Counted from the whole stretch's first letter, positions 30,061-44,150 are shown. The stretch: 63,284 bases of DNA, filler included, from Cercozoa sp. M6MM (GCA_040357565.1; 7 parts of 7 records of this genome joined end to end with filler, not necessarily neighbours in it), one strand, 5' to 3'. Notes: a model not told the origin generated them from the sequence alone. Numbers and translations: made by a program.

Positions 30061-32168
30061 ATGCGCAACTTTCTGGGTTGGGGCCGCCTCGTGGCTGCCC
30101 CCGCTCAGGTTCCAGAAGACCCAGTGCCCGCCCCCACTCAAGAAGTTCCAGTGCCTGCACCCGCACCGGAAGAATTATTCCAGTGTACTGCCTTTACTGC
30201 ATCTCACTTCAAACGGGTCGGTCGGTGCTTCCGCGTGGAAGGAAGAATAAGCGTGATCACTTTGTAGTCAGCGACGAGGATGAAGAGGCATTGGAACGCC
30301 ATGAAGCGCTGCTTCAGGCCGCATTTGCATCGTTGCGTGCGATTGTTGAAGGTAAGTAGATTCCTTTTTCGATGGGTTTTGCTTTAATTTTGCCCTTATT
30401 TGTCGTAGGCAGATACAGCCGGTCGTTTCGAGTACCATTGAGCGCTGGCGCGTTGCTGCGCGAGTCGCGCGATGTTTCGCCGCAGTTTTATTTTGCTCTG
30501 AACTCTGAAATGAGGTGTCCACTCGTTCTAAAGACTTAGCTTTCGCTCGATTTTGCTAATTGCAGTTTTGGCAGTGCCGCACAAGGCTCGCTGTCGCCAT
30601 TCGCACAGTTGCTGGTACTGACAGGTTTTGTGGAAGGCAGAGAAGAGTGCTTTGAAGCGGAGAATTGGTTGCAGCACGCGCTGGACGAAGAGGCAAAGAG
30701 ACGAAAGAACCGCACTCGAGACGACGTTTTGCTGGCTGCTCGATTCAGTACTTCTAGCTTCTCTCTGTGTTTGAGACTGCACAAGGGTTGTTTCCGGCAG
30801 ACAATGTGCTGCCTTATGCGTGGAGCAACTGCGCCAACTTCGGCTGCTTTGTCTCGCCATCAGTTGTAGCCTCGACCGTGTTGTTTCAAACTGTTATGTG
30901 TTGCCAGTATGTTCGAATGCGCACTGTGGCCAGGTCGCGCACCAGTGGCCGTTGGACACGAATCTCCCTGACTTGGAGCGTGCTTGGTGTTCTAATGTCT
31001 TGCACCAAACATTCTCAATCTACGAATTTCGAGTGTGTTGTAGGCGCAAGTGTCGTTGCGCCCATGTGATTTTATTGGGCACCCAAGACACGCCTGACAT
31101 GCCTGCTTATTGGAACATGTTTCGGGTACGACACAGGGCCTACCAGATATACGTGCTGTGTCTATCCGTATTTCATTTCCGTGCAGGGAAGCAGGTTCAA
31201 GGCAGTGTCGCAGCACCTAGAGCAGTGTCGTTTTGAAACCAGGTCCAGCAGCATTCTTCTGACGCGCTTCGCCGAGTGGCGAGACTTTTCTTCTCCTTCC
31301 GACGAGCAGGTGCTCGCTTCTGCCTTCCGGTGTGGCTCTTTCTCTCGTGCAACGTGTGCCTTGTCAGGTCGACACTGTGCTTCGGTTGGCCCAATACGTG
31401 CGTGAGGCGACGCCGCAACGACGCGTGTTCATTCACTGTTAGTTGCTCTCGTTCAGTGTCTCGTTGACTGGTCGTTTTTTAGACAGCATGTGTGTGTTAC
31501 CACTCACACAGGCCGAGCAGGCGTGGGTCGCACAGGAACGATCCTGCTGATTGCCAAGTGCATCGACTGGCTGCTGCAGCATGTACACTCTGTTCATTTG
31601 CCTCCATTACTTTTAACCCAGCTGTCTGATGGGCTTGTGTAGGAGGAAGAAACTTCACTGCCACTGTACGAGTTGTGGCTGCAGCTGCGTGCTCATCGGT
31701 GCCTCTCAATATATTTCTGTGACCTAACGTTTCTTCATTTTGATGCCCCTCCGTTGCTGGCACAGGTGCTTGCTCGTGCAAGTGCCGCAGCAGCTGTCCT
31801 TTGTCTTCCGCGCCCTCGCACGCTACCTGCAGCTGCACCCCGAACTCCAGCGCGGCCGTGGTACCCCTGGTTGTGCCTGTGTCTGTCTCCTGTCCCTATG
31901 TGAAAAGTACTTCCTTGTATTGTAACTCAGGTTTAACACTTGAAACAGCCCGCTCGCTCAGCAGCATGAATAGTGTGTACCGCACGCTCACTCACACGCG
32001 CACTTCTCAATGTACACTTGCTCTGTGTGTTCCCTGCAGCAACAGCGACTCGAGCGAGGTCTGGCTGTGCACTCCGCCGCACGCGAGGCGCTAGTTTTAC
32101 CAGTCGCCGGCTCCTTCCGTTCCGTTTTCTCTCCTTTTTGTCGTCGTGCGGTGCAACGCCGTGTCTAA
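30061..32168 (+). CDS. Hypothetical multi-exon protein
   Basis: MRNFLGWGRLVAAPAQVPEDPVPAP..., SDEDEEALERHEALLQAAF, CFEAENWLQHALDEEAKRRK, QVPQQLSFVFRALARYLQLHPELQRG, with GT-AG introns between them. The 3' end is uncertain. Confidence 0.5.
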
Positions 32169-33141
32169 GCCGCCAATTGTTTCGTCCTCACGTAGCGGTT
32201 GGCCCGGCCGAAAGTGTCCAGTATTTAAAGTTCCGCACGTCCACTCCCGTTCCAAATCTGGATCTCGGTACGTCCAGTCCGCCGCGGTCGCTTCGCTCGA
32301 CACCTCGGTCGGCGGGGCCGGGCCTTCGCGATCGTTTTTCGCCCGAACTCACCTAAATTCAAAGGGCTCGGTCTGGTTGTCGGTTAGTCCACGGGACGGG
32401 GTCATCTTTTAAACGGACTTGGATGATTTCAGTGGTCCCACGCAGGCGTCTTCCCCTCTCCGTGCGACAGGGACGACCTTAAAACTCGGGACGACCTTGC
32501 TTGGGCCGACCTTCGCGCTTGGGCGCTGTAGGTGACGTTACTATCCGCCGGCCACGGACCTTCTAAACTTAGCTCCTTGAATTCCAAGCGACTTCTTGAA
32601 GACTCAGTGAAAAATGCGTCCGTGGCACTGCAGTACTTCGCCGGCGCGTACGCAAACTGAGCCTATCCGCCCGGTGATTTTGGTTTTGATCACAGTGGGA
32701 ACTACGAGGTAGCCAGTCTAGGATCTTAGTCTACCGTTTGCATCCAAACGCGACTACTAACTATTGCACAAACCACCAGCCTCCGCACCGACCGAATGAA
32801 GTCGACCTCGTTCTCTGGCTCAGCGAAGGCATCAGTCAATGGCCGCGACACTTCGGATAGACGGTTCTACTGGTACTCAGAGCTGCGGTAGTACCCTAAG
32901 CAAATGGAGGCAACCCGGGGCCGTAGACACGACGCGACCATGCTCTCAACCTTATGCGTGACTGGACCCAGCCTAACTTACTAGCGCAGACTGCAGTCGA
33001 GAGGCCAGGCACCTGGTTGGTGCAGCCAGGAGAACTGAACTAGTACTACCAAACTAGTACTACCGTCGCTTACGGCGCGTAGTTGGTTGGCTGAGCGGTC
33101 TATATTAGACCGGACTAGTACTCAACAAATAAAACGAAAAT

Positions 33142-34430
33142 TTAGTCGGTCTTGCGCAACTTCTTGCGCCTTCTCGATTCGGTCTTGGACTTCGAGCTGG
33201 TTTTGACCTTGGTTCCCTGCTTGGTCTTATTTTGCTTGCCGTTGTTTTTCCTCTGTCGTGCCCGAGTGAGTTTCGCTTTGATGCGCTTGGTCTCCTTCTG
33301 TTCCATCGTGGTGCGCTTCGTCTGGGCTTGCTCAGCACTCGCGGACTTGGACTGCTCGGGTTGCAGCACGTACTTCCGGTACAGCTACACACATACAGAC
33401 AGACGTACATACACACAGAGAGACATGTGCATGCATGCGACAGTGATACAAAAGTGAGGGTACCGTCGCAGCGAGTGCAGGGGCGACAAAGTGAGCCAAC
33501 ACGGCAGGAACATTGAGGTTCAGACTGACGTGATTGTTGTTGCACTGGTCGATTACGAGTGTGGACGCCAGTGCTGCTGCTGGCTGAGTATTGTGGTACA
33601 GTTAAATCTAGCACGCACAGACAACACAGGATGGTAGGATGAAGACACCTGCAGGAAGCCGCCAGAGAAAGGTCGCGCAATCGCCATGAACCAAGTGTCC
33701 TGCAGAGAAAAGATGTACTCATAGATCCATGTAACTATGGAGAGGAAGGCATGGTACCATGAAGAGCAGCACAGGCACAGGCATGCGCGGCACAGCAGCC
33801 ACGACCAGGTGACGCCACCACAGCGTCAGAAACACACAGACAAACTCGGCCACGAAGGCGTACTGCCACACGTAGGTGCGACCCAGCCTGAATTTACGCT
33901 CAAAGGCAGGTGCACTTCAGTTACACACAGAGAAAAGTACTGTCGAGCAGGGCACACAACCGGCGTCCACGGCGACAGGTGGAACAACAGATTGCCGAGC
34001 ATGGCACTAGAGCAGGCATGCTTATACTTACCCAGAGGAGAACAACACGAAGGTACCCGCCAATCATGCAGAGGATACGCCAGACATTACTCGGTGCCAC
34101 TACACAGGGTCACTTTGCTTTCATACTGCCAGGCTCGACAAACAAGCAGCAACTCACACGGCTGCGCTTGCGATGCAAACACGACCACTGGATTCCGCGT
34201 TCCTGGCAGACCACTCCGGTGTACCAAGTAGGCACGTACGCTGTCGTCGCCATGGGATATACATCCATGTCTCTAACCAGAATCATACAAGGCAGACTTA
34301 CATGAAGAAGGCATAGCCGAGCACTACGTCTGCGTATGGCATCAGAAGCTGCAGATCTGCATTCGCCAATAGCACGTGCGACACCAGCAGTGATGAGATG
34401 CAGACCAACACGGCATACACCGTCCTATCG
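33142..34430 (-). CDS. Hypothetical membrane protein with a basic C-terminal tail
   Basis: Hydrophobic exons (VYAVLVCISSLLVSHVLLA; NVWRILCMIGG; HLVVAAVPRMPVPVLLFM) and a final K/R-rich exon ending RRRKKLRKTD*. Confidence 0.45.
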
Positions 34431-35430
34431 CGCAATCAAAACGGCATGCGACCACGTTGACATCATTTCATTGGTTGCGCGACATACCCGTGGACAAAAT
34501 CCCAGAAAGAAGTTTTTAGCAGCTTCATTGTGGTAGTAGCACGCCGTGGCACAGCAGGACCTTGCGATTTGCAAAGAGACGTAAAAAAGAGCCAGTACGG
34601 TGGGCTCGGCCAGTTTTTAGAGTCCTCACGAGCGCTAAACGTGGGTGAGTGTGTCGCACTATCATTGGGTAGGCATTCGCGTTGGCTATAGCGCCTATTA
34701 TGAGGCAAAGCAGACAGCAGAATTAATGGAATTACCTCTTGGCGCGCGGGTGACAGGACTCGCGCCGCAGCTTCGTGCTTTCGCCGCGGAATTTCGCGTG
34801 CTCGAGCCGGAGCACGCAAAGTCGCTGCGACCTCACCATGAACAAATTCGCGCGCTGCACGCGGCCACGGAGGTGCACAGGAACACGTCAATCTCCTCAC
34901 TCGCTGTGGCATCCGAACAAGCGCGTTGTCTCGTGGGTTGACCTTTGTGACGCTGACCAGTGCCGTTCATTTTGGTTGCATAGCAGGCCAAAGTCCAGAC
35001 AAAAACAACTGATTTGTTGCATGTGCGCGATTTTAACTTTATGGGTATTCTTTTTCCTTTTTGGTATTTTCCGAGACCGGTGGCATTTTGTGTTGTTTTA
35101 AACTGTGCCAACTGCGGTCAGAGAGGCTTCGGGTGAGCGAGGGAATTTCTCTGCCACTGAAAAGTTTTGTGGGAAGCGATCCGACCCGAAAACACGTTTT
35201 TTCAAGAGAAGCGATTCGATGCGATTTGCCGGTTGCTGCGATTCGCGAAATCGAGCGTGATTTCGTATCTGGTGAGTTTTACCCCCCTTAACCCCTCCCT
35301 TTTGACCAATTTAAGCTCATTTCGCAGCCTCACCTTCCTGCTGGGCACGTAGCCTGTGTTATCTTCCTGCGACCCGTGTTGTTATTTTCTTTGTTGTGTA
35401 GAAGAGTGCAATGGAGTGCCTAGCAATCGA

Positions 35431-36069
35431 ATGTACCCTCTGGCGCCGTACGAAGGTACCTCTGGCCCTGTGTGTTCCCTGTGTTTCCTCTGTGTACACA
35501 TAGACGAACCTGCTGTAGGTCAAAGCGATCAACTGCACGTGGTGACACTCGGAGCAACGTGCTTTGTTTTCTGCGTTTCTGGCACACTTATGAACGACGT
35601 GTGCGTGCATGAGGTTGGCCTCTTTAGACCCCTTCGTCCCCATTTACCCCCCCCCCCCCCTTCCTCAGGTGGTCGAAGGCAGCGGCGACCCAAAGCACAC
35701 GGTGCGACGCGTTCTGTCGGTGCCACTGTCGCAGCGCATTCGCAAGCTCTGCCTGCGAGTCGAGGTACCTCCTGGCAAAGGGTGAGGGTACGGGGTATAG
35801 GGTAGGGGTATGGGGTAAAAGGTAGGAGTATGGGTATTGATATGGGGTAAGGTGAGGGGCAGGGGGTAAGAGGTAGGGATAGGAGTAAAAGGCTAAAGTT
35901 GTAAGGGGGGGGGGGTAAAAGAGATGCTAGACTGCGTGTACAATAGGGCCATTCCGTGCTGGTTCTGGCGGTTTCGGACACATCGGCCTCGCTGCTCCGA
36001 CTGCGCCTGCGGCAAAACAGCTGTCCCGACCACGATGGTGCCTTGCGAACTAACTTGTCTCCCTGTATA

Positions 36070-36101
<32 letters not shown>

Positions 36102-36182
36102 TGTGTCTTTATATATATATATATATATATATGTATATGTGTATGTATATCTTTGTTTATATATATCTATACACATTTATTT

Positions 36183-36216
<34 letters not shown>

Positions 36217-39190
36217 CTATATATATGTGCACGTTGGACGCACAGCCCAGGTGGCGCATCTGTGGATTCGAAAATTCGCCGACTTTTGCATCGGTACAGT
36301 TTTTTACCCCCCTCCCCTACCCCGCCCCATTGACCAAGTCGCGTTGTGTTGCAGACGGTGACCTCACCGATCGCGGCTGTTGTTTCGTGTTTCCGCGCGG
36401 AAGTGGATACGAAGAGAAAGGCGGCATTGTGCTGCGATGTTTCGACTTGCGCGGCCGTCCGACACTTTCGATGCGCTCGTCGTGTGGCGGTACTTTGTGC
36501 TTCTTATTAAGGGAGCGTTTTATTAGGATGCAAATTGCTTAAGGCAGCGTGTTTTATTAAGGGAGCGTTTTGTTAAGAGAGTGGGGTTTGGACAGGAACG
36601 GCGACTCGAGTGATCGCGACGCGACGGTGTTTGCGCCGCGGCGTTTTGGCTTTGTTTGCCGACGGATCGCTGCGCTGGATGCAGGGGTAGTTTTACCCCT
36701 CTTTACCCCCCACCCCTTTATCCCCCTTACTCCCTGCCACACAGCGACGGAAGCGTCCGAGTGGTGGCACGAGACGTTGTGTCAGTCACGACGTGTCTCA
36801 ACGATCGGCACGCACATGCCGATCTGTCCTTGACACAGGTCGAACATGACCCGGGTACTGTGCCCTTATGTGTACGCCTCTATATATATGTATATATCTA
36901 TATGTAGTATGTATATTTAGTATGTATATGTAGTATGTTAATGTAGTATATGTAGATGTGTATGTGTGTATATGTGGGCAGGTTTTTGCGGCAACTGCGG
37001 TGCGCATGTCTTTGTGTCGACGAAACATGACACAATGCAGTGTGTCGACATGCGTTCCATGGGTGCATCCTTACCCCTTTTCCCTCTTTTACCCCCTATC
37101 CTCTTACTCCCTATCCCCTTACCCCCTATCCCCTTACCCCCCTATCCCCTTACCCCCTATCCCCTTACCCCCTATCCCCTTACCCCCTATCCCCTTTATC
37201 ACCATTACCCCTGCTACCTCGGCCTGTGCGTGACAGAGAGCGAGGAGTGGCAACTGCCGGCAGACTCAGCGGCGCGTTCGCTGCGTTTCTGTGGCACCGG
37301 CCTTGTCGCGTGTCGCGGTGTGCCGAGGTACCTCCTGTCCCGAGTCTGTTATGTACCGTCCGGTGTCTACCTGTCTGTCACAGTGAGTCGGCGCAGGCCT
37401 ACTTTGTTCCACTACGATACGAACAGGTACTTGACATGAGTCTTGTATATCTATCCGCATATATGTACATAATATATATATATATATATATGTACATGTC
37501 TGTCTCTGTGTCTGTCGATACACTGTTCTATGATGTGTGCGTATGTGTGCAGCAGAGGTACCGCAGTGCCGGCGCAGTGACCCGGTGGATGCCGCCGCTG
37601 CCTCTGCCTGCTCGTGCTGCCGGCGTCTGCATCGTTTCGGCCGTCGCTCTGCGTCGGTCCGAGTCGGCTCAGACTGTACCCTCGCTATCCTACCCTGCCC
37701 TCCCCTACCCTACCTTCCCCACCCTACCTTACCCTACCCTACCCTACCCTACCCTACCCTATCCTACCCTACCCTANNNNNNNNNNCCTACCCTACCCTA
37801 CCCTATCCTACCCTACCCTACCCTACCCTACCCACCTTACCCCAACCCCACCCTACCCTACCCTCCTTATCTGTCTACAGAACGAGGACACTGACTGGCT
37901 GGGCGACTTTGAAGCCGAGCCTGCCGACAGCACCGGCTGTACACTGGACCCTGCCGTCACTGTCGCCTTGTTCCTCACCAACTTGGGTACCTCACTGACT
38001 CGGTGGTCCAAGTGGACTACTCCTGTACCAGTGTACTAGTGTACAAGCATGTGGTCTACAGGCGACCTGTTCGTGTGCTGCTACGGCAACGAGCAGTCGC
38101 AGTCGCTCGACTCCGCTCGGGAGGTGCGCCTGTGCAGTCCGTGCGAGCGAGCCATCCACGACGCCTCGAACCGACCGGTGCGTTTCTTCTCGTCCGCGCG
38201 GATGCTGCAGCGACTGCGACTACGACACCGTGACCCGGCGACACTTGTGCTGCAGCGCTTTCCTGCGCCTGCGCCTGTGGGTACGTTTCTCAGTGTACCT
38301 GTGTGTATCGAGGTATATATATCTATATATTAATGTCTACATACAGAGATTCTACACATGTATACACCTTTATTCTACCTATACATGGGTGTATTACCTG
38401 TGCGTATATGGCTACACATGCATATACCTGTGTACGTGTACATAAACAGCATGTACATAATGAGTGCAGTGGATGCAAGTGTGTCGTTCGAGAGTTTTCG
38501 GCAGTTGCAGTCGTCGCAGCGACTCATCGAGCAACAGCGTCAGGTGCGTCCTGGTCTTTACCTGCCTTTGCCCATTCCTTTACTCCCTTCCCCTCTTTAC
38601 CTTCCTGCCACCTGTGCACAGATGGACGATGTCGCGTCGCTGCTGTCGTCGCAGGCGCTGTCCATCGGTACACTTGTTTCACGCTATGTTGTCTGTGTGT
38701 GTATGTGTGTACCTCCCTTGGTGTTGAATGCAGGCGACATGGATGCACTTGTTGCCAAGCACGGTAGGACAACTCTCCTCGGTGTTCCTTAAGTTCACTC
38801 ATGAGTATCGCTCTGTCTGTCTGGACAGGCAAGGTGGTCTCGTCGGATATTGTGGCACGCCGCTTCATCCGACGCTGTGGTAGTTTACAGATGGTCTGCA
38901 AGTTGCTGACGAAGCATGTGTCTGTGTGTGTGCCTTTTGACAGGCCTGCAGTGGCACAAATGGCAGGACTCAATGCCGGATGCACATGGCGTCCTTCATC
39001 CCGGGTACACTGTGTTCCGGTCCTTCACACAGGGAGGGATACTTTGACCAACTGTAACACAGGGAGCAACAGCAAGAACAGCAGCAGCAGCAAACTCAAG
39101 ACAAAACTCAAGACAAAATTCAAGGAAAAACTCAAGCCGAGGAACGCGAAAGGAAACGACGCAGACTACGGCCACCTGTACCCAAGTTTA
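35431..39190 (+). CDS. Hypothetical beta-rich protein, weakly reminiscent of TAF1C/Rrn6
   Basis: More than 15 GT-AG exons starting MYPLAPYE|, with many beta-strand-like segments. VALFLTNL|GDLFVC resembles the TAF1C 'GDVF' segment (weak inference). Confidence 0.45.
37070..37210. repeat. (TACCCC/TATCCCC)n intronic repeat; related tracts at 37688-37865, 49200-49285 and 58505-58655
   Basis: Direct inspection. Confidence 0.9.
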
Positions 39191-39594
39191 ACAAGGGTAC
39201 ATTTTTCTTTCCTTTCGTTTCCTCTCATTTTCATGGAACTCTCACTCGTCGTCTGCTTTAGGGGAGCAAACGGAGGAGAAGCAGGCACCGATCTTGCGCT
39301 CAATCACGGATTTCGGCCCAGACGAAAGCCAGAGAAATGATAGCAATCCAAGCCTTCCAGATCTACCAGATTTCGTCGCTGATCTCTTCAAATGATACTG
39401 TGCCAACTCTAGTGTTTGCTTACAGTGCTAAATACCCTAGCATCGGTGAGATGTCTGTGCAGGACTTGCAGAGATCAACAACTACTTTTTAAAGGTGCGT
39501 CATCCTCAGTCAACGTGTCGCGCGAGAATCGAGGTGCATTGTACTGTACCAACACTAGCGAAAACACACGCATAGTGACGTCAGATTACCTGCC

Positions 39595-40270
39595 ATGTCT
39601 ACTAAGTGTCTCAAGTGTGAGAAAACGGGTACCCTCTCGACTTTGGTGCGCGGTGGTCGCGCCAGATGCGAAAATTGTTTTGTGTTTTGTTCTGACTGTT
39701 TGTTGTGGCAGTTTACCCGATGGAGGCCACCAAAGTGGACGGCCAAACCTTCCACAAGCGCTGTTTCAAGTGCAAACAGGTATCCCGAGCGGTTGGTGGG
39801 TCCTATCGTGTTCACTCCTTGTGTGAATGGACAGTGCAAGACCAACCTGTCGGCTGGCACCTGTGCCATGATCAATGCCGTTCCCTTCTGTAGCACTTCC
39901 TTAATAAATGCATTTTTAATAAATGCAGCAGCTGTCCCTGTGTATGCATCCACGGTACACTTTGCAGGCAAGACGTGCTTCAAGAAGATGTTCGCCGAGA
40001 GTGGCGGCAGTTACGACCGCGCCTTTGGCGATGTGTGTTCTTCCTCCTATTCCCATTCCGAAACAACGCAGACTGTTATGACCTGTTCCTTTTTGAGAGC
40101 AGGGCGGCCGATTCAAGATGAAGCCGACTGGCACGGCTGCCGGCAACGCTGTACGCTGCCCGCGCAGATGTCTTCTTCTGTTCTCTGTTGTATCGGTTCG
40201 TGGTGCAGATGGGCTCGGTTGCCAAGACAGCCGACGCCACGTCAGCCACTGAGCCAGTGACGGTAGTGTT

Positions 40271-40324
<54 letters not shown>

Positions 40325-40686
40325 AAGTTGCGCTTGTTTCTCACGCCTAACGTTGTTTCAGCAGCAGGAAGAAGAGCCCGCAGTTGTGGAGGAGACGCCA
40401 ACTGTTGCCGAGGGTACTTTTGCGTCTACACCTGTGCCCACAGGAGTCTAAGACACCCACATGTGATGTACAGAAGAGCAACAAGAACAGCCGCAAGAAG
40501 AGCAGGAGGAGGAGAAGATCGAAACACTCGTTGAGCGCATGCAGCGTCTGCAGGCTGCTGCCGTACCGTCTTGCTTCATACGACTGTGCTCAAGTCTGAT
40601 CATCGGGTACTATGCTTGGGTTCGTAGGCTACGCCCGAGAACGAGGCGCCTGTTCAGCGCAAGTCAACGGTACTACACACAGTCTA

Positions 40687-40727
<41 letters not shown>

Positions 40728-41149
40728 TATATATATATATATCATATCGTTAAGTCCTCTGTGTCGAATGCAGGGTGCGACGGCGCGTTTCGCGAGTGCC
40801 AACACGAGCAACAAGTGCGGCACGTGCAGCACCACAGTGTACCCGTTGGAGGCCACCAAGGTCGACGGCCAGGTCTTCCACAAGCGCTGCTTTAAGTGCA
40901 AGCAGGTATAGTCTGACGTTGTGTTCCCGTTTGTATGCATGGACTCGCGTGCTGTGAATGGACAGTGCAAGACGAACCTGTCGGCTGGCACCTGTGCCAT
41001 GATCAATGCCGTCCCCTTCTGTAAAACACTGCCTGAAATCAATGGTGTTCCTGTGTGTGCACAAGCAAATGTACACAGGCAAGACGTGCTTCAAAAAGAT
41101 GTTCGCCGAGAGTGGCGGCAGCTACGACCGCGCCTTTGGCGATGTAACA

Positions 41150-41200
<51 letters not shown>

Positions 41201-41210
41201 NNNNNNNNNN

Positions 41211-41261
<51 letters not shown>

Positions 41262-41449
41262 GCAAACCTTGTTCAAATCCCTTTGTGAGGAGATTACGCT
41301 CTCATGCTTTCTGTCAGGGTGGCCGATTCAAGATGAAGCCGACCGGCACGGCTGCTGGCAATGCGGTATCGACATTATCCACTCATTTGATCCCAAGATT
41401 GTAGAAACTGTGCACCACTCTCTTTGTGCAGTTGGCCAGTGGCAAGTAA
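39595..41449 (+). CDS. Two-LIM-domain protein (CRP/plant LIM-like) with an acidic linker, 12 exons
   Basis: [58 protein letters not shown], then a second copy [31 protein letters not shown]|CKTNL...; all introns are GT-AG and in frame; stop TAA at 41447-41449. Confidence 0.93.
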
Positions 41450-41799
41450 AGAAATGTTCGTGCGCCTCATTTTCGCACTCCCAAAACCAATGTCTTCAGT
41501 CACACACTGCACCAGTCGTATCTGTAAGCGTCACCACATTATCACACCAGTGTCAATTGGGTTAGCCGCGCCGTCGATACCCTTGCGTCTGGTGTTTGAT
41601 CTGGACAGTACCACCTCTGTTTGTAAGTACCTTGGCGTCAACCAATCCGCCGGATTCCTTGAGCGAATCGAATCCGATGCGATCCGATCAGTCATGATTA
41701 TATGCATTTTCTTTACTGCGCTATGCATGTGGCCGGAATGGGCGGGGATGCATATTAAGGACATATATATTCGTTGTTAGACGACATATCCGGTTAATA

Positions 41800-44150
41800 A
41801 ATATTGATCGGTACCCCGAGAACCCAGTGCCGGTAATTTCCCGGTAATTTCCGTGACAAAATCGGTCAAACGTCGTCTAATAGCCCTTTAAGTAGCATTT
41901 TCGGGGGTTTGAATATAATTCACAGTGTCCGGGACCTTTAGATTCGTTTACGGAGCAGTGTGGGCGATTTTTGTTGAAATGCTCAAAAAATATTGACTTG
42001 CCTGGATTTTGTCGCCCCGGTTTTTGTTGCATTTTACAGTTTTTTTCGTGTTTTTCTGTTTTCCGGGCGTTAACAGTCCTTGTTATACCCTGAAAGATGC
42101 TCAATAATGTTTGCTTTTAAGGGAAACCGCCCATGGGTGCGTTTTCTGCAGAAATTAGGTTTTTTTTTTGCATAAATTAAGATTACGTTACTTTAGAAGG
42201 AAATTAGATTTATATAAGTGACACCGCATGGAGTAAGTTTACATGCTTAAATTCAGTTAGTAGATGTTATCGCCGTAGAGGTTGCCGGGCGACCATGTTG
42301 TGAAACGTTGCCGGTTGAGCAGCCACACCTGTGTAAATTACCTCGCTGAAGTCCGAGATCCAGCAGCGATCGCACGGACGGAGCACGGCGGCGCATCTTT
42401 GGGTGATAGGAGGTGTACCGTGCGCGTGCATTGTCCAAAGTCACGAAACGCGGCTTGTCGGTGTCGATAGAACCTGGGACAGAGCATTTCAAGAGGCCAG
42501 TGTAGTTGCACCGTTCGGCGGTGCCACATCTGCACATGAAGCCGCGTTGCATCATTGACCTCAACGATGTTCTTCACGAGAACGAGGGAGTCGTCTGCAA
42601 GTTCAATGATTACGCCTGACGTGATGCGCACCCCCTAAGCACAGTGAAACGAGGGTTAATTTACAGTGCGGCAGCAAGCTTGGAGAGAACTATAAGCAGC
42701 ATGTGTACCAATACGACGAGGCGGCTGAGCCCAGTGCAAGTCACCTCAAATGTGTTGGCGTCTTCATCCCACACCGAAATGTCGTGATCTTTGTCGTACT
42801 CGACCTTGCAACTGCGCGATGCATATCTACGGAGCATTTTTATGCAGATGAAGGGTACAGTGAATTTTCAAGATAGGGAAGGTCGGGAGGTTGACCTCTT
42901 ACGTCTGTCGCTACTCGTTCATCATGTGGCGGTAGCAGTGTTTCAGCTGCGTTCGTGAGAGCCATGCGTGCCATGTAAGCCAGCACCACTTCAGCCGATC
43001 TGTTGGCATGTCGGAGCGCAAGGACCTTGGCGAACTTAAGTTTAAACATCGCTACCAACAAGCATGGCCCAGGACTAATCCATGGCGCGACATACTATTT
43101 GCAGTCGGAGGAAACCTGTACCTTCGAAATCAAAGTGTTGTTAACGCGCATGCTTGCGTGACTGCGAGTGTTCCGACTGGAATGCATGTCGTCGTGGTCA
43201 TTCGAGGAAAGATGTCACCCAGGACCGAGTATTCTCATTTTCGCGCGCTTCGATGCCGCACGAACGTTTTTCAGTTCCAGTAGGTCGTCTTCAGTATAGA
43301 AAAACTAAAACTGCTCGCAAACCATTGCGTACTTCGACATAGCTGCCACCAGCACCAGAGCAAACTTGTCGTCGCCTTCCCACGCAAATGCCTCAAACAG
43401 CTTTGACTCTAAACGCCAGTACGAAATGAGAGCTGGTATTCCCCCTAACACCTTGTCGCGATCCACAATTCGTAACTTACGCATACCTTGCGTCACATTG
43501 TCTAATCCGTTTTAGCGACGCATGAAGTCGATAATCCCTCCCAGGGCGCGAAAGAACTCCTTCACGGCTTCCTCGGCATCAAGACGCTCGAATAACAGAC
43601 CCAACAAAGAAGTGAATTCCTGAATAGTCACAAGAATGAACCGGATTCTGTAGTTCTCATAAGTAAGGTGTATATTACCGTCCATGTGCCAGGGTTCCCT
43701 GCACATTGGTGAGCTAGGTCGCACGAAGCTTTGGTGTGGGAGCAGTCGGAAGCTACATTTGTTGCCGCAGAAGTCACCAGTGGCTGTGACCACGAATCAC
43801 TCAGGAGTAGACTTTAGTGGGTACTACAAGTGACAGCTGTAGGTACCGCCATTCACCCAGTTGGCTGTGAGCACCTCCCATCCGAGTCGCTCAGATTCTG
43901 CTTCGACTGCCTTTCTGTATACTCTTCAACCTCCGACCGCATCACGCGACGGAAGAACTGTGCCTCGCGCAACACAGACCGACCATCGTCAAGGCACGGC
44001 CAGTAACCTTGCAAGGGTTCCCCTGTGTCGAGAGCAAGCAGATGCAATCGGTACTTGCGCTCTTTCTTGTCTTGGGGCAGTGCAAGTGCAGATCGGGCAG
44101 CACCAAAACAGCATGTTCAACGCCATCCTGCTAAAAGATAATCGTCCATG
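41800..44150 (-). mobile_element. Probable decayed DNA-transposon (EnSpm/Mirage/Plavaka-like) transposase region
   Basis: Broken minus-strand frames with stops and frameshifts (RHGLVLGHAC..FKLKFAKVL..HANRSAEVVLAYMAR; SGVIIELADDSLVLVKNIVEV). An AT-rich flank at 41800-42250 carries short ccggtaattt repeats. The family call is an inference and no TIR pair was found. Confidence 0.35.

Noticed and set aside
32179-32192. Minus-strand CGTGAGGACGAAAC, matching the 3' half of a hammerhead ribozyme core
   Set aside because: No upstream CUGANGA or stem II partner was found.
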